From Schmidtea polychroa (Eukaryota), in contig CM097885.1 in the NCBI GenBank assembly GCA_044892525.1, positions 50,842,001 to 50,906,000 on the forward strand: 64,000 nucleotides of DNA, in the 5' to 3' direction. Under the pieces are notes generated by a model, which worked only from the letters and a program-made list of their open reading frames with translations, had not been told where the DNA came from and made no database searches. How positions within the stretch are numbered: the stretch's first letter is position 1; the number at the start of each line of letters is the position of its first letter. Shown here in pieces: positions 1-14,845 of the stretch. The translations under genes were made by a program, and so were the position numbers.

Positions 1-1212
1 TCGAATTCCTAAATTCATGCCTAACAATCAAAAGACGTCAATGTAAGTTATGCATGTGCTAGGCATTTTGTGAGATCAAAACGAATAAAGATTGTGTTAA
101 TTTTTCTCCGATTTGCTCAGCTTGCTTAATTTACTTTCCAGATGTTTTAATTGTAAATGTTTTAATTGAAGACTTAATTATTTGCTTTTGAATTTAATGC
201 TTTAATTTGATGTATTTTTCAATACCCTTTAAATGATTTTCGATGTGGTTATGTCTTATACACTTTATTTGATTTAACTTGAAATTTTACGATACTGACA
301 TTTAAAATTTTAATCAAAGTGATTCTATTATTATTATGGTTTATATATTGTTAAAGTTTGTAGTAAAATCTCTCCAATGCAAAAAGGTTTAGGACAAGGA
401 CTGTAAAATTCAAATTATAATTTCCCATAATGATGCTTCACATATACGTGACTGGCGGATGCTTTGGCGGGTTTTTTTGTAGGCGTGGAAAATTGAATCT
501 TTTTCAATGTGGTACATTATAACACAAAGTTTTACATTTCTTTTCATTTCACTTTTTTGTCAATTATTATTTTTAATAAATAAATAACAATTTCAAAATT
601 TGTCTCCACTGCATCACATACTCTATTTAACTGTATGTTGAACAGGATTGTTTTTGATCAATGTTTCACAATCTTACCCAAACCAGTGTCCATTTAACTT
701 AAATCACATTTTCCTGCGCTTCCAAACTTATAATAAATGATTTTTGATTATTTGCAAAAAATGCGAATAAATTCAACTTTATTTTTTGGTTAAATTTTTT
801 TCAAACATATTTTTATAAATTACATAAAATTAATTATATAATTTGGTAAATTGGCTATTTCTGAAATAATCGAATTGTAGTTCAAACCAGAGCTTTACGA
901 GATTGCACGGACTCCTCGACTTTTCCAATGAATTCCATTACGGGGCACTTTTACCACCTTTGTGTAACAATGCTTTAGATTACTATTTTTTCCGTACTAA
1001 GATTAGATTTATCATTTATTCTAATAAAATTAGTGTCTGCTTTTGTAACATTGCAGCCTCAAAATAAATTAAATCAAAATTTGCTTAACACTTACTTTTT
1101 TAGAGGCTGCAAAAACATTCACTAAGCAACACTGATTTCCATTATTCAAAGAATATTATTGATATCTTCAAATAATGATACTATTGTTCATAAGTTAATT
1201 CAATTTATTTAA

Positions 1213-1439
1213 CACTAGAAGTACCAGAAAAAATTACTCATTTTAATTGGTGTTGGTATAATTAGGGAAAGTAAAAAAACTTTTCTATAATTAAGCAAAC
1301 AAAAAATAAAATTTAATATAATAAACATATATGTATGACTAGAAAAGTCATAACATAATTCAAAATAAATAAAAAATTGATGATGAATTAATGATAAAAG
1401 GTAAAACCAGTCATTTTGACTGGTCTGGTATTTCTAGTG
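1213..1439. mobile_element. piggyBac-like MITE
   Basis: TTAA on both sides (1209-1212, 1440-1443); TIRs CACTAGAAGTACCAGA / TCTGGTATTTCTAGTG (15/16); internal palindrome ACCAGTCATTTTGACTGGT near the right end. Confidence 0.8.
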
Positions 1440-2759
1440 TTAAAACTGAATCCGAATTAGGCATTTCTAACTGCAATTTATCAATGAGATAATTCATTTC
1501 ATAGTGCTTAGTTTATTAACTAATGTTAAAAACTATTAAATAAATTTTAATTTTACTAATTTGAGGCGTATAATTTTGAAATTAACAGCTATTTTATTTT
1601 ATTTGTATTTATTTATTAATAAAAAAGCTAATCCAAATTAAAAACTTATTTAAAGCTCATTTTACCTATCATAAATTTCTTCAAGAATTTTTTTTTCTAT
1701 TTTAATTTTAAAATTTTGTTTAATTTTACTATTTTTATTAATTTTATTTAAATAATTAATAGTCTTTTTAAATTAGATTTATTTTTCCACTAACTAGAAC
1801 AGTAATTCTCAACCTTTTTTGTCCATACCCACCACCTGTCGCTAAAATCCTGATAACCCTCCTCCGAAATATTATTTTTATTATTAAAAAGTGAACTCTT
1901 ATTCACACGGAGGAAGCCTAGAAGGTCATTAACTTGGTTAAAAAAGGCTTGCAAAGAACACGGTGTTCATGAAAAAGAAAAATAATCAAACGAAAATAGA
2001 ATTGAAGTAATCACTAAGAAATTGTTAAAAAAAATAATAACATGAAACAAATAAAATTTGGAAACATAATGAAATTAAATGCATAAATTTATTTTTTTTA
2101 TTAATTAGAAGAGAGAGGTTAAGAAGAAAATATAAAAAAACATTCCTAACTTGCTTAATTTATAAATAATAAGTTATAATAACAGTTAACGGACTTTCAA
2201 ATTCATTGTTAATAAATCATTCTCAAATTGCTACTGGTGAGGTGTTTGTAAAATAAATGTATCAAATTTTAAATTTTCATTCATTTTTTTAGATAAAATA
2301 GTTCCATTAAATAGTTTTCAGTTTATGTTAATAAAGTGCAATAAATATCAAAAAATTTTGAAAAATATTTTATTGTATTAGAAATTCCGAAAAAATATTC
2401 AATGCATATCAAACTCAACCCAAGCATAATAACAAAGGTAATTTATTAATTTTTCTGAAAATTCAATTATATAATCATTTATATTAGTTTTTTTTTGGAC
2501 TTTCTGTCTTTAATTATTTTTAAATATTATGAGCTTATTCAATTAACTTATCAGTTTTTCAAGAATTCATATATATATATATCACAAAAATATTAATTTA
2601 ATTCATTAATTTTTGATAATTTGCCGAAATGAAAATAAATAAAATAACAAAAATAGAAAACAGATCAAATAATACATATTAATACATATTTAAAATAATT
2701 TATTATTAAATTCAGAAATATGTTAAATAAATTATGTTTTTTAGTCAATAATCTTTTCC

Positions 2760-4670
2760 ATATTCTTGGTAACTAAAGAGTTCCTTTCTTCCAGAATTCA
2801 TTGGGGTTGTTTGCGAAAAGCTGGTCCAGATGATTTAAAAGGTGTTCATATCTGGTAAGTTTACCCTATTAAGAAAGTTTTAGAAAGCTCTTAACAAATT
2901 ACGTACTGAAACATCCGAACCAAGTTCCAAAAACGTTTAATATCATCATTTTTCTTTCTGAATCTCTTGAACTAATTTCTTGAAATTGAACCAGTTACAG
3001 CTTTGATTCCATATAAAACACAAAATCTTTAAGTTTGGTGCATTTTTGTGTTTATGATAGTAAAATATTATGAAAAAGGTTTTTATTTCCTAACATTTTT
3101 AAAATGTCGCCTAAAACGGATCACTAATGACAATCAAATTTTATTAAAAGGCTCCAGAGAAATGGAATTTTGTGAGTTGTAGTATTAATTAAAATAATCC
3201 TCATTTTCATTAACAGTATTGAGCTGTCGAATAAAACTTCACTTTAACTTTCGTAATCATCTTTCTTAAACTGGGTTGAGTATTATTATTATTTTATTTT
3301 TTCTGCAATTTTCATAGTTGTTATGTTAGTTTGTTATGTTAGAACTTTAAATTACGATATTTTTATATACTTATACTAAATAATTTTTACTCGATAATTT
3401 TGTCTAAATGCATCCGAATTTCGATTAACTGATAGAAAAAGCGTTAAACACTTTTACCAAAACCCTTCTTGTGATAAATCTTCTAGTTATTCATTGAAAT
3501 GTGGTTTTTGTACTCTTAATAAAGGTTACTATATGAAATGTGAATAATTGTTTTGTAATATCAGTAGAAATAAAATAACCAAATATATCATATCCAAAAT
3601 TAAAGATCACTCATCGAAAAGGTAATTTAACGTTTGATGTTAATAGCACAACTAATCTAACCAATTCATGTGGTATGCCCGAAAAATAATGTTTTAATAT
3701 CCTATAAAAGTTTTTATATTATGAACTATACAATTTTAAACCAAACTTCAATAATCGGAGCAATTTTAAACTTGAAATTTAGTGACATGGGGGATACAAA
3801 TTAAATTTTAAACGTACATAAGTTAAAATTTCAAAATCCATTTGAAAACATATGATTTTACAAGTTTAGTTATTTTTGAAACGAAATACCGACTAATATT
3901 TTAATCTAATTTTATATAAAAATCTAATTTAATCAAGTGTTTCACTATGTCCAACTATTTTTGCCATCACATTATTCTTATCTCATTATTGTTACGTAAT
4001 TGATTTGTTATCAACTTCAACAATATCTTTAATTGACATGAAACTTTATTTAATGTCTTAAAATCATGGCAATCAAATAAACTCAATTTTATAAATAATT
4101 TTAAAACTAAGAGTAAATGAAAAGTTTTTAACATTTAAAATTTTACAATAACTTCTAACAGTGAAATCTCTTATTTTCTTCAGAATTGATTTTTTTCAAT
4201 TTTATTTATCCTCATATCTTTGTAGATTATCGATCATTATTATTATATAATATTTTTTGTCTGATGACTTACAAAATAAATATAAAAGTTAAATTACAAA
4301 AAATTTAATTAAAATATAATTTATAAAAAAATTAAGATTACGCCGTTTCATTATTATTATTATTTTTATTAATATTATTATTGGATTCTTAAATTCAAAT
4401 CAATAAATTAAATTTATTTAAAATGAGTATTTAATATTCAATATAGTATAATAATTTTAAAAAACACTTGTTTTAATTGAACATAATTAATAATAATTAA
4501 TATTCAGCTAAAATTCATTATCATTTTTTAGATATATTTTTTAATATTTGCTTATGGACTTATATCTTTTAAAATTTATGTAAGCAAAATCTTTAATGTG
4601 GTTTATCATCAATTCAATTAACGTGTTATTGAAAAAATGAAAAATCTCTAGCTGTGATCAAAATCCAAAC

Positions 4671-4702
<32 letters not shown>

Positions 4703-4953
4703 CATTATCTATTGTGTGTGAAAACTTTGTTATTGTTTTCAAATGTATTAAATTATCAAGTTAAATAAATATAAGTTTATTGATTGTTTAAATTAAAATA
4801 TTTTAAAATCTTTAAATATATTTAGTATAAATTGAAAAATAATCGATTATTTAAATTAAATTTAGAAATATTTTTTTAAAAAAAATTTTTTACTACCTTA
4901 CCTGATGTTGAAAGTAAAATTGCCAAAATAAATCGTAAAACACATTTTTTCAT
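2760..4953 (-). pseudogene. possible degenerate gene for a secreted protein
   Basis: Exon 4953-4902 reads MKKCVLRFILAILLSTS (signal-peptide-like) followed by a GTAAGG donor. Downstream minus-strand sequence (~3530-2760) looks coding but has many stops. No family recognised. Confidence 0.25.
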
Positions 4954-5667
4954 TAGCGCTTTCTTTTAATTAAATTACTGAAATTTTTATTTAATTATTT
5001 ATTATTATCTTATCAAAATATTCAAAAATTATAATTTCTCTTTAAAATTATCTTCTTTTTCAATATTTATTGAGATATTTTATCTTTTAGGATCTATAAG
5101 CAATGAAATTTCATATGATGAAACGTTAGATTATTTTAATAATACGATAGCAATTATTAATTGAATTTATATTAGATTTAGTGATAAATCTTCCTCCACA
5201 AAACATAATGATGATAAGTCAGACGATGATAGTATCAAGGAAGAGATTGATGAACGAGTACTCTTCGGATACATTTTTTTTAATAATAAATATAAATTTA
5301 GAGTGAATCTCGGAACGGAGATATTACTATCGATTCAGAAAGAAGCCTCTCACTTGATTATATGGAAATTGCCAAGAAGAAATATTAAAACATAATCATT
5401 TCTTGTGTTGCGTTAATTTAATTATTTTATAATATAATTTCATGATATCTTTCGTTAATTAATTTACACTAATGAGCTAAAATCGGAACAGGATTGAAGT
5501 TTTAGAATATCGTTATCTAATTATGTAAAATACCTAACTGCAAAATTTTAGTGAAGCATAAAAAGAAATTTGACTTAATAATTTACTTATAAATTGTCAG
5601 TAGCATATAAAGTTTTAAATAAAAGAAATTCATTTGTAAATGAAGTAGATTTTAGGGAAAATATAAC

Positions 5668-7700
5668 TGTTGGGTTTTAGATTATTTCAAGTCGGTTATC
5701 TCTGACTCCTAGTGTTCTTTAAATCAAAACAAAGAACGACCCAACGTATATTGAAACAACAAGTTCACAATTTATTATCACCACTTTACAATTACTAATC
5801 AAAGTTTTATACGATTCTCCGCTTGGCGTTGATGCTTTGCAGATAGATAATATTCACCTTTTAGTCCTTTAGATTCTCTTGACCCACGTTTTCCTCGGTT
5901 TCTGTTTGATTGGATTCCTTTATCACTTTTCCGTATTCCTAATTCTATTTCTTCTTTTCCCTAATTCGTTTCTGCCTTTTCCTACGCTCTGTTTCTTCGA
6001 ACCTTAGCTGAGGCAAAATGCCGATTTTCTCTGATTTTCCCTTTCCTTATATACTCCTCGAAATCAGGATGACAAATGGTTATTGCCGAGCCAATCTTTC
6101 GTTTGACATTTGCTCCCACGTGTTTGCTTCGGCTGTCACCCATAATGGTCCAACGAATCCAGATAATTAATGGCCCTTCCGGTCTTCCTACGCGCGCTAT
6201 CTTCTCCTTGCTCTTTTCCCATTAATCATTGTGTCAAGCTAATGGGCCCAAATCTTCCTTCTGTTTGCTTTTCTTCTTGTTTACCCAGCTCGGGTTTCCT
6301 TTATCTCTCGGGTTTTTCATTGGCTCGGGTTTCCCATTAGCCAATTAATTAATTAATTAACGTTTTCTGTTTTCATACATTTGAATGCTTTTCGACCCTT
6401 CCTAACCATTTTCTGATAAATCCCTAATCATCATCTTGTTGACCATTAGCTAATCTATACCTGTCCGGTTTTTCCCATTCGATTTCGCTGATTTTTCCAT
6501 TTATTGATTTTTCTCGGATTTCCGGATTCTTGCCTTTCGTAATTGCTTTTGGCATTTTCTAATACTGTTTCCATCACACTTTCCTTTACTATTGATTTTG
6601 TGCGCGTGTTAGGTTCGATGGGTATGTCTTCGAACTAACACAAAAACGTTCTATCTGACTCCAAGTAAATAATTTACGCGTGTAGGTAAATAAATAAATA
6701 AGATAATATGTTTTAAATCTTTATTTAACAATAAAAAGTTAATTACACGTTCGTTTATATTTATATTTATATATCTAACAAGCTGCTTTCTATAAGTACA
6801 GAAAACGGTTATACAAACCGCCCTAAAGAGTATTACTAAGGATCAAGGCTGGCCCTAAATGCGCCAACAGCCCGATATAGGTGAAAGGAAAAGAGACAGG
6901 GAAGATCACCAAATTTTACGCGATAGAGTCAACCCAGAAATTGGTTAACTCTTTGTCAAATAAATATTAGTAACGACACAACACAAAAATACGTGCTGAC
7001 GTTATGATATCCCTTATTTAAAATTAATTTAATTTGTTCAAATAAACCGATTTGATAAATACTTATAATTATTTAGACAATGATAAAGACTAACTGATTT
7101 AATATCCTTCCTTAAATAGTACCAAAGAACGTTGTAATAAATAATCCACGAATAGACAAAATTAACTTTCGATTCAATATTTCTAATACAAATTCTTCGA
7201 TCAAATTGATGATAAAACTAAATTCCCAAAATTCCAAAACTGATTTTCCTTTAATCGATGAAATTCTGATAAATGTCACTTTGACGAGAATTAGTTTGTT
7301 TCTAAATATAAAATTGACTTCTTCCTCTCTAATTTTAGATACTGCGGTTTTTTCTGCCTTCTCCACTTCGTTCCTTCCTTCTAATTTTTATCTATTATTT
7401 ATATGAATTTTATTTACCTAATTCTATTAATAGTAATTGTTTAATTACTATTTTTATTATATATTTTTAAATAATTTCTACAATTCTATTTTTAGTAATT
7501 ATTTATTACTAATTATATTTTAGTTTTAATTTTAGTGTTTAATTTCTATTTTTGGTAATTTTAAAATACTATTTCTATTATACTTCTAATTTTATTATTT
7601 TAATTATTATTTAATTTCGAACCTTCCATTCCGGTTCCTTCTGAATCCCAACACGCGATCCCGCTTTTATTTGTCTTTTTTCTTCGCTTACTTTCTATTT
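5668..7700. mobile_element. LTR-like element, right end uncertain, interrupted by the solo LTR at 6607-7653
   Basis: Starts TGTTGGG and carries the TCTGACTC motif ~30-50 nt from the end, shared with the LTRs at 6607, 7946 and 31082. No closing TSD found. Confidence 0.5.
6607..7653. mobile_element. solo LTR (Gypsy-type)
   Basis: TGTT...AACA termini; 4-bp TSD CGCG (6603-6606, 7654-7657). Confidence 0.8.
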
Positions 7701-7945
7701 GAATTATTATCCTAAATTTAATTTTAATTTTAATTTATTCATTAAATTACTTAGTTTTACTGCTAATACGATTTACGGATATTTTTTACAGATTTAGTAA
7801 GTGCCAGGTCTCTAGTTACAATGCAATGTTCTGGCATTATGATTTTCTCCAGCATTTCTTTTATCGCATTTCCAACTTACACAGGTTTGCCAGGATTTTC
7901 AAAATCAAAAACGCTAGTGAATCCACATTCACAATGGCACTCTTG

Positions 7946-8944
7946 TGTTGGGGTTAGTTGTCAGTGGTTTATCAAATCAATAACTACTGTCTGACTCTGA
8001 GCGTGTTTTATTCAACAAAAATAGCGAATTCCAAACAATATAGCTTTATTGAATACCACAAATGGTTATAATCATTACCTTGACACCAGTTACTCAATGT
8101 AACTCAAACGTATTCGGATGATTATTACAACCCTAGAGGGAGCAATAGAACTTTGGGAACACTTAAATTATACGACCACTTAACTGCTGCTAGTGGATGA
8201 CACCTCGAACAATTGATCCGGTTGCTTTCCTGTCTTGACTTAGGACTTTAAAAATTTCAGGTTGTTAGTTTGATTATCACTGGCTTATTGATTTAACAAT
8301 TATATTTCTTTTTTTGTATCTCTTTGGCTGTTTCGTTTTATCTTTTATTAAATACTGTTTCAATTTCACATCTTCTTTTCGAATTCTCAATATTCCGTCT
8401 TTTATAATTTCTTCTTTAATTTCGCTTTTCCAATAAGTTTTCTTCTGTCTTATGCAATTAATATCTTTCTTTTATACCTTGCCATTTCCTGACACTTATA
8501 AATAATCATCTGGTTTTCCAGCATATTCCTTTGGACATTCCTGATTCCCGCATTATCTCTGACATCTGCAAGATATATCATTTTCTTGCCTTTTTATTTT
8601 CCCGACTGTTCCAGTGATTTATTTATTATATTTATTAAATTTAATTTATTATATGTATCCTTTTATTTATTAAACTCTTAAGATAAGGAATTTCCATTTC
8701 CAAATGGTTTTGTCTTTGTTTTCTTCATTTCCATTTGCACTTATTAATTAAAAACGACCTTGTCGCGTTCCATTATTCGATTCCATTGATTTTTTGTTAT
8801 ATCTTTTTCGTTTTCCAATTTATTCGCTTCATTCATTTTTTCCGAATTTGAGAGCATGACATCATTCATTGTGATCATTTCCTCCATCATTTTTATTCAT
8901 TTTTGAACATTATTTAATTCTTTGTTATTCAGGTACCCTAAACA
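7946..8944. mobile_element. solo LTR (Gypsy-type)
   Basis: TGTT...AACA termini; 4-bp TSD CTTG (7942-7945, 8945-8948). Confidence 0.85.
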
Positions 8945-9913
8945 CTTGTAAACGAACTGCAGGGTTGTGCAATAATTTCTTGAGTACTAGTTTTCTTCAA
9001 AAGCAGAAAATTTATAACGCTTCAAAATTAAACATTATTTTACATTTTCTGAAGCATTAATGAATTATCAGACTTTTTTCAAAATAAAATAGCTTAGTAA
9101 AACAAAGACTTTTCATTACCTAAACATATTTAAATATAATGGGGTGCAATGTCTTTTTATAAAGTAATTATTTTTTGTCAAGTTTAAGTACATATTGAGC
9201 GCACCACGTATCTATAAATTGAAAGAAATACATAATTGAATATGAATGACTGTAAATTAATTCAAGGGTTAAAGTAAAATTACTATTATTACGAGATTAT
9301 TGTTTCTTTCATCACTATAATATACTTTCAGAATAAATCTGACTGAAGGCCACATTTTTAAAGGATAGTAAAAAATTATATATTTTTCTAACGTTTATGC
9401 ATGACGTCTCTTATCTCAAACTATAACAACAATTGTCTGTACAATATTGTCCAATAACGAAAGAATAAACATGTTGACGGTTACGCACAGTGCCGTACTG
9501 TAACTTTTGGGGGCCCTGTGCAGAAAACTAAAAAAAGAAATTAAAAATTTCTTTAAAATTGTATTGAATTCATTCTTATTGATCTTAATAAAAAAATAAT
9601 ACAAATAAATTATAAAGCATTTCTTATAGCTCTTTTTGTGGTAAATTTACTAATCATATCATTGTAATCAATTGTTTAAGATATTTTATTTTCAATCGAC
9701 AGTATTGCAAACCGTAGATAATTTTCAATTAAATTTAGTTTTGTAGCGTATTTATATTTGGAGACCCAGTGCGACTGTCGTACGAAGTTTATTACATAAG
9801 AAAATCTTTTCATATTATAGAACTGCTTAACATTTACATCTATTTCAATCAACCCAATATAAAGACCTCAAAGATACATTTTCTAAAACTTTAGGCAACC
9901 AATTTATTTCCAT

Positions 9914-10516
9914 TCAATTTGTTTCACTTTCATTTAGTTTTTCCAAATTTTCAAAAAAGTAATTATTTACCAAACAATATACGCCGGACAGATCTTCCAT
10001 CCTAATGACAACTGTTAGCAATTCATCAAGGAGCTTAATGTGTTGATCCAGCTTGCCGATTGATAAAGCAACATAATATTCATGAAGTTTAATAAAATTA
10101 ATATTCTCTTTTTGTAAATAGTTATCCATTTCTGTAAATTTGTCAAAATTGCAATTATTGTTACACAATATGCTCAATTCTAAAAGAGCAGTTTTTATTT
10201 TCAAGTTAATATTTTCCAAATGCTCGTCGATTACGTGCAAACCAACTAGAAAATCATAAACGTATTTAAGCTGTCTTTTATGGTCTATTAAATTAACAAA
10301 ACTTTGATTTCCAATTAATTTCGCTGGCCTACTCGGGCAGGGTTTCAAACGTCTCGGTGTCACAGAAGCATTTGGTAGAAAGTAATTTTCCAAAGATGGA
10401 CTTTTATAAAGCTTTATAAATATATCTTTTGCAAATTTTTGTTTATCACTGTAATCTTTAAGAGAATCATTGTTTTTTCGACTAAAAAGTCTTAGATATT
10501 GAAGGGCTTTAGTCAT
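9914..10516 (-). CDS. hypothetical 200-aa protein (single ORF)
   Basis: Uninterrupted 600-nt ORF with protein-like, largely helical composition in very AT-rich DNA; no recognisable motif. Confidence 0.45.
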   Translation of the reverse strand: MTKALQYLRLFSRKNNDSLKDYSDKQKFAKDIFIKLYKSPSLENYFLPNASVTPRRLKPCPSRPAKLIGNQSFVNLIDHKRQLKYVYDFLVGLHVIDEHLENINLKIKTALLELSILCNNNCNFDKFTEMDNYLQKENINFIKLHEYYVALSIGKLDQHIKLLDELLTVVIRMEDLSGVYCLVNNYFFENLEKLNESETN

Positions 10517-12210
10517 AATAAATAATGAATAGGTTTCTCTTTGTCATCATTATTCATCGAATAATTTTTATAATGCTAATTAATTAATTTAATTAATCAA
10601 TGATTATATATATCACTACGTTGATTTGGTTAGTCGCATATTTTTTTTTACATTCAATTTTCATTTTGCGTTGTGTTTTTATTTGTAATTTTGTAATTCT
10701 CAGTAATTTTAATGAAACGTTGAAAAGATAATATTGTGAAACAATTAAAATAAAAACGTGAAAATGAAATCCAATTATCACATGAAGAATACACGAATAA
10801 TGCTGTTTCAATTCGCGTCGTTTTAGTTTGAAAATGGCTGTGCCTAATATTCGTGAACATAAAAAAACATCGATATCATTACTGATTCATAGTCAATTTT
10901 TTATTAAAATACAATGTCAATTGAAAAGAAATCAGAGGTGAAAATTGAAAAAATTTTTTATTATATATGTATTCAGTAAAACCTTGGATTGCGAGTAACT
11001 TTGTTTGCGTGTATTTTTGTAAGACGAGCAAATTTTTAAAATAAATTTTAACTTGATAAGCGAGTTCAGTTTTGTAATACGAGTAACATGTATGGGCTTG
11101 TCTACCAACCGTCACGTTAGGTTTCAGTCGGTCGGTGTCGGTACAAAGTATTGTTTATTTTCTTTCTAAACGTGGTTAATGAGTATTTTTTGATAACAGT
11201 ACTGTAAAAATGGCTCCCAAAAAGAAAACTGTTGAAAATGAAAGTGATAAGAAGTAGAAATGATTACGGTGGAAGTTAAGAAGGAAATCATCGAGAAGCA
11301 TTTGTTGAGGTTCTCAAATCTCAACTTGATGGTTCCTATATAAATAAGAACACAAACACTGGTTCAATAAATTTATTAAATTATCACAATTACAAATAAA
11401 GTTAAAAATATAAAATTAACAATCACAAATATATTTCAATTTGTATTATATATATATATATATATATGCGTGTGTATGTGTATGTAAACATTTGCAGCTT
11501 CCTGAGCTCAGATGTGTAATATAGGTATGTTCTAAATTATATTGCAATATCAATTTCTGAATTTGCAACTCTTTTTAGAAGCTCTTATTTTTTGGGTGAT
11601 TTGACTGAGAAATCAGTCGACTTATATGAAATCCCTGTAAACATTCCATTTTCTGTTCTGTTAAAGTCAATAGAATTTCTGTTTTTAAAAGTGCAAATTT
11701 TTATTAATAATATTTTTGGAATCATCCCTTTATCCAGCATCTTTAATGTATTTTTGTTTGTCATTGATCTATAATAAAATTTGATATACTCTTTTTTGTC
11801 GTTTTTTCAACGGAATTCATAAGAAATACATAAGAAATAAGATTTAAATAATACATTTCAAAGTCTGTAGTTGGCAGAAATTTTATTCAGTTGATTTTCC
11901 TTACTAACTCAATGTTACCTTGATCGATTGATGCCAAAATTCCTAGATAATACAATTTGAAAATGTCTTTAGTTTCACTGGGAATCTCTGATGAATCATC
12001 CATGTGAGTTAAAGAGTAAGCTGAAACCCCATTATTATTTAAAGCAAATATATAATTGCAAAAAGTGAGTGAAATATTTTTGTTTTGGATAGTAAGTGAA
12101 AGTGTGCATATAATAACAACAGTTTTGAATTTATTCTTATTTCGTTAATATCCTCGACTAAATAAGGCAATTCATAAATGTGATAAGTCTTCAATCTAAT
12201 CTTATTTAAC

Positions 12211-14168
12211 TGTTGGGCTAGAACCGAGATCTTGTTTTAATGAATCAAAAATATATAACATAAAAATCGCACCAAGTTAAATTAAAACACCAATCAATAC
12301 AAAACTAAAGTACATAACACATGGATGATAAATAAGACCCGGGTAATAAAATAAAGGAACGCAAATAAAGGTCGCAATCACTAACACCATTAGAAGAAAA
12401 TAATAATAAATAAAATAATGGGTAATAAATTAATTAATAATATGGAAAAATTTTTAAATATATAAATGTAAAATTTAAAATAAAATATCTAGTAAACGGA
12501 TAAAATAATAAAAAGTAGAATAAAAGTAGTAAAATTAGATAAACCATAAAATTTATAAAACTAAATTGTTTAATGAAAACTAAAAATAAAACCAACAAAA
12601 TTATTTAAATTATAAAACTTGTAAAACTAAATTAAAATTAGCAAAAACTATTTAAATTATAGAATTTATAAAAATAAATCTTAAAAATTAATAAAAATTA
12701 AAATTTTGATTAATTAAATTAATTAAATTAAAAAATAAACAATTACACACATTCATGCATGCATGCAAAAATTAATCAGAATTGCCTCGCATTCTAATTG
12801 GATATAGTAGCAGAGAATGCGTAGGCGTATAATTCAATCAGTATAAATACTGAGTGAAATTTCATTTTTTTTGGTAGTAGTCACGCTCAACTGGTTAACT
12901 GAAAATCGCTACCGTAGACAATGCAAATCCCGTGGCTCTCGATTGTCAGTTTTATGCATGCGTGGTGAGGTAAATTTGATTTTGTTAATTCTATGTTAAT
13001 GATAAATTTATATGAAATAATATGTAATTTTTAGAATTTAGTAATTGAATTTGTTTGGCTAATTTTGTGTCTGTTCATTTAATTTAACTTGGAATAATAT
13101 TTTAATAGGAGTAAGATGAGTTTGATTTTATTAATGACAAATTTATATGATGTAAAATGTAATTTGTAGGATTGAATAAAATTTTTTAATTGGATTTGTT
13201 TTTAATTGATTCTGGAGTCTTGTTTATAATATTTTTTTTGTGGATAATATGATAATGTAGGTTGGATTTTTATGAAATTTATGTGTCGATGCTCTAGATT
13301 CAGCGGAATAGTTGCGAACTGATGACATTCATGTCGTTGGTCAGCAGATGTTTCGTCAGTTTGGTCCATCGGATTAGAGGATATAGATAGTGATAAGAAC
13401 GAATGGAGAGCGTAGAGTCGTTTAAAGATAGTTTATGACCTTGTTTAGGTTTAGATAGTATAGGATGGCTCAGTCACTTTTAATTTCAGAGATATCACTG
13501 AGTTAGGAGAAATACTAGGATAGTTAGGACCAGTTGTCGGTAGATGAAGTAGGTTTAAGGCAATTTTATAGAAACCACGAATAGTTAAGATATCCTATAG
13601 TCCAGAATTAGGAATACAGGCAGATCCCTGCTCAAATTTTTATGGGGAGAGCGGAAACAGGTTTATCAACTTGGGAATAAGGGCAGACCTCTACTCAAAT
13701 TTTTGAAGAATTAAGTTATATTTTTCACAAGAACCGCTGAAAATATGGAACGACATTTATCGACAAATATCATAGAAAACACATAATGATTTAAGACAAA
13801 AAATAAGGGCGCATCCCTGCACAAAATTTTGAAAAAAGAACAATAGGAAACATATTGAAATGAGAACCATAGCTGAATAAAATAGAAAAGTGGAAAGTAG
13901 AAATAGAAAATGACTAATGACGTAAGACCTTCTATCGGCCGCCTAGAACCCGAAGAGAAAATACAATGGGGAGTAGTTTTAGCAATAGAGCTCACCTGCT
14001 CATTGTTTTTTCGCCTTTGTGTACAGTACCAACATGGTCGTCGCCATGGGTACACAAATGGTTAAAGTACAATAGTCATGGAGGTGCTTAGGAAAGAGTT
14101 GAGTGAATATATATGATTACCCCTAACGTATCTAAAATTTAAAATGACACACCCCTAAGTACCCAACA
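12211..14168 (+). mobile_element. solo LTR, short relative of the cargo-LTR family
   Basis: TGTTGGGCTAGAAC...CCCAACA; TSD TAAC (12207-12210, 14169-14172). TATAAA at 12842 with ATTGG upstream. The 3' ~350 bp closely match the reverse complement of 46743-47100. Confidence 0.92.
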
Positions 14169-14457
14169 TAACTTTTTCATGTAATTTTTCATTTTCCATT
14201 TATTAATAATCGGGATGAGTAATATTTATTATCTATGAAAATATTAACTACAATTTATAAATTTATTATTTTCATTTGTTGAATTATTTTTTAAAATTTT
14301 CCATAAAACAAAAATCCATAAACAATGCACTTAGAGCGACAAATAAAATGCACTTAGTGCAAAAATAAAATAAACAAAATCAACCAGATGGTTGACTTCT
14401 CCTAAAAAGTAAATATGTTTGTTTTCATTTGAATTGTGCTACAGTGCACTTAAAAAT

Positions 14458-14460
<3 letters not shown>

Positions 14461-14548
<88 letters not shown>

Positions 14549-14749
14549 TGACAATTTAAGCCTTTTGCTGCAAATAATGTATTTAATGAAAAAAATTTCG
14601 ACTATAAGATAGTCCTCTTCAAAAAAAAATTTTTTTTTCATTAAATACATTATTTGCAGCAAAAGGCTTAAATTATCATTTTATTGTTTTAAATAATAAA
14701 TGCTGCTACCAAGAAATCATCATTTTATAATAATAATAATAAAAAAAAA

Positions 14750-14832
<83 letters not shown>

Positions 14833-14845
14833 TAATAATGATAAT
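14461..14845. repeat. (AAT)n microsatellites flanking a fold-back hairpin element (14542-14685)
   Basis: Two long AAT tracts with ~55-bp inverted arms between them. Confidence 0.9.
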
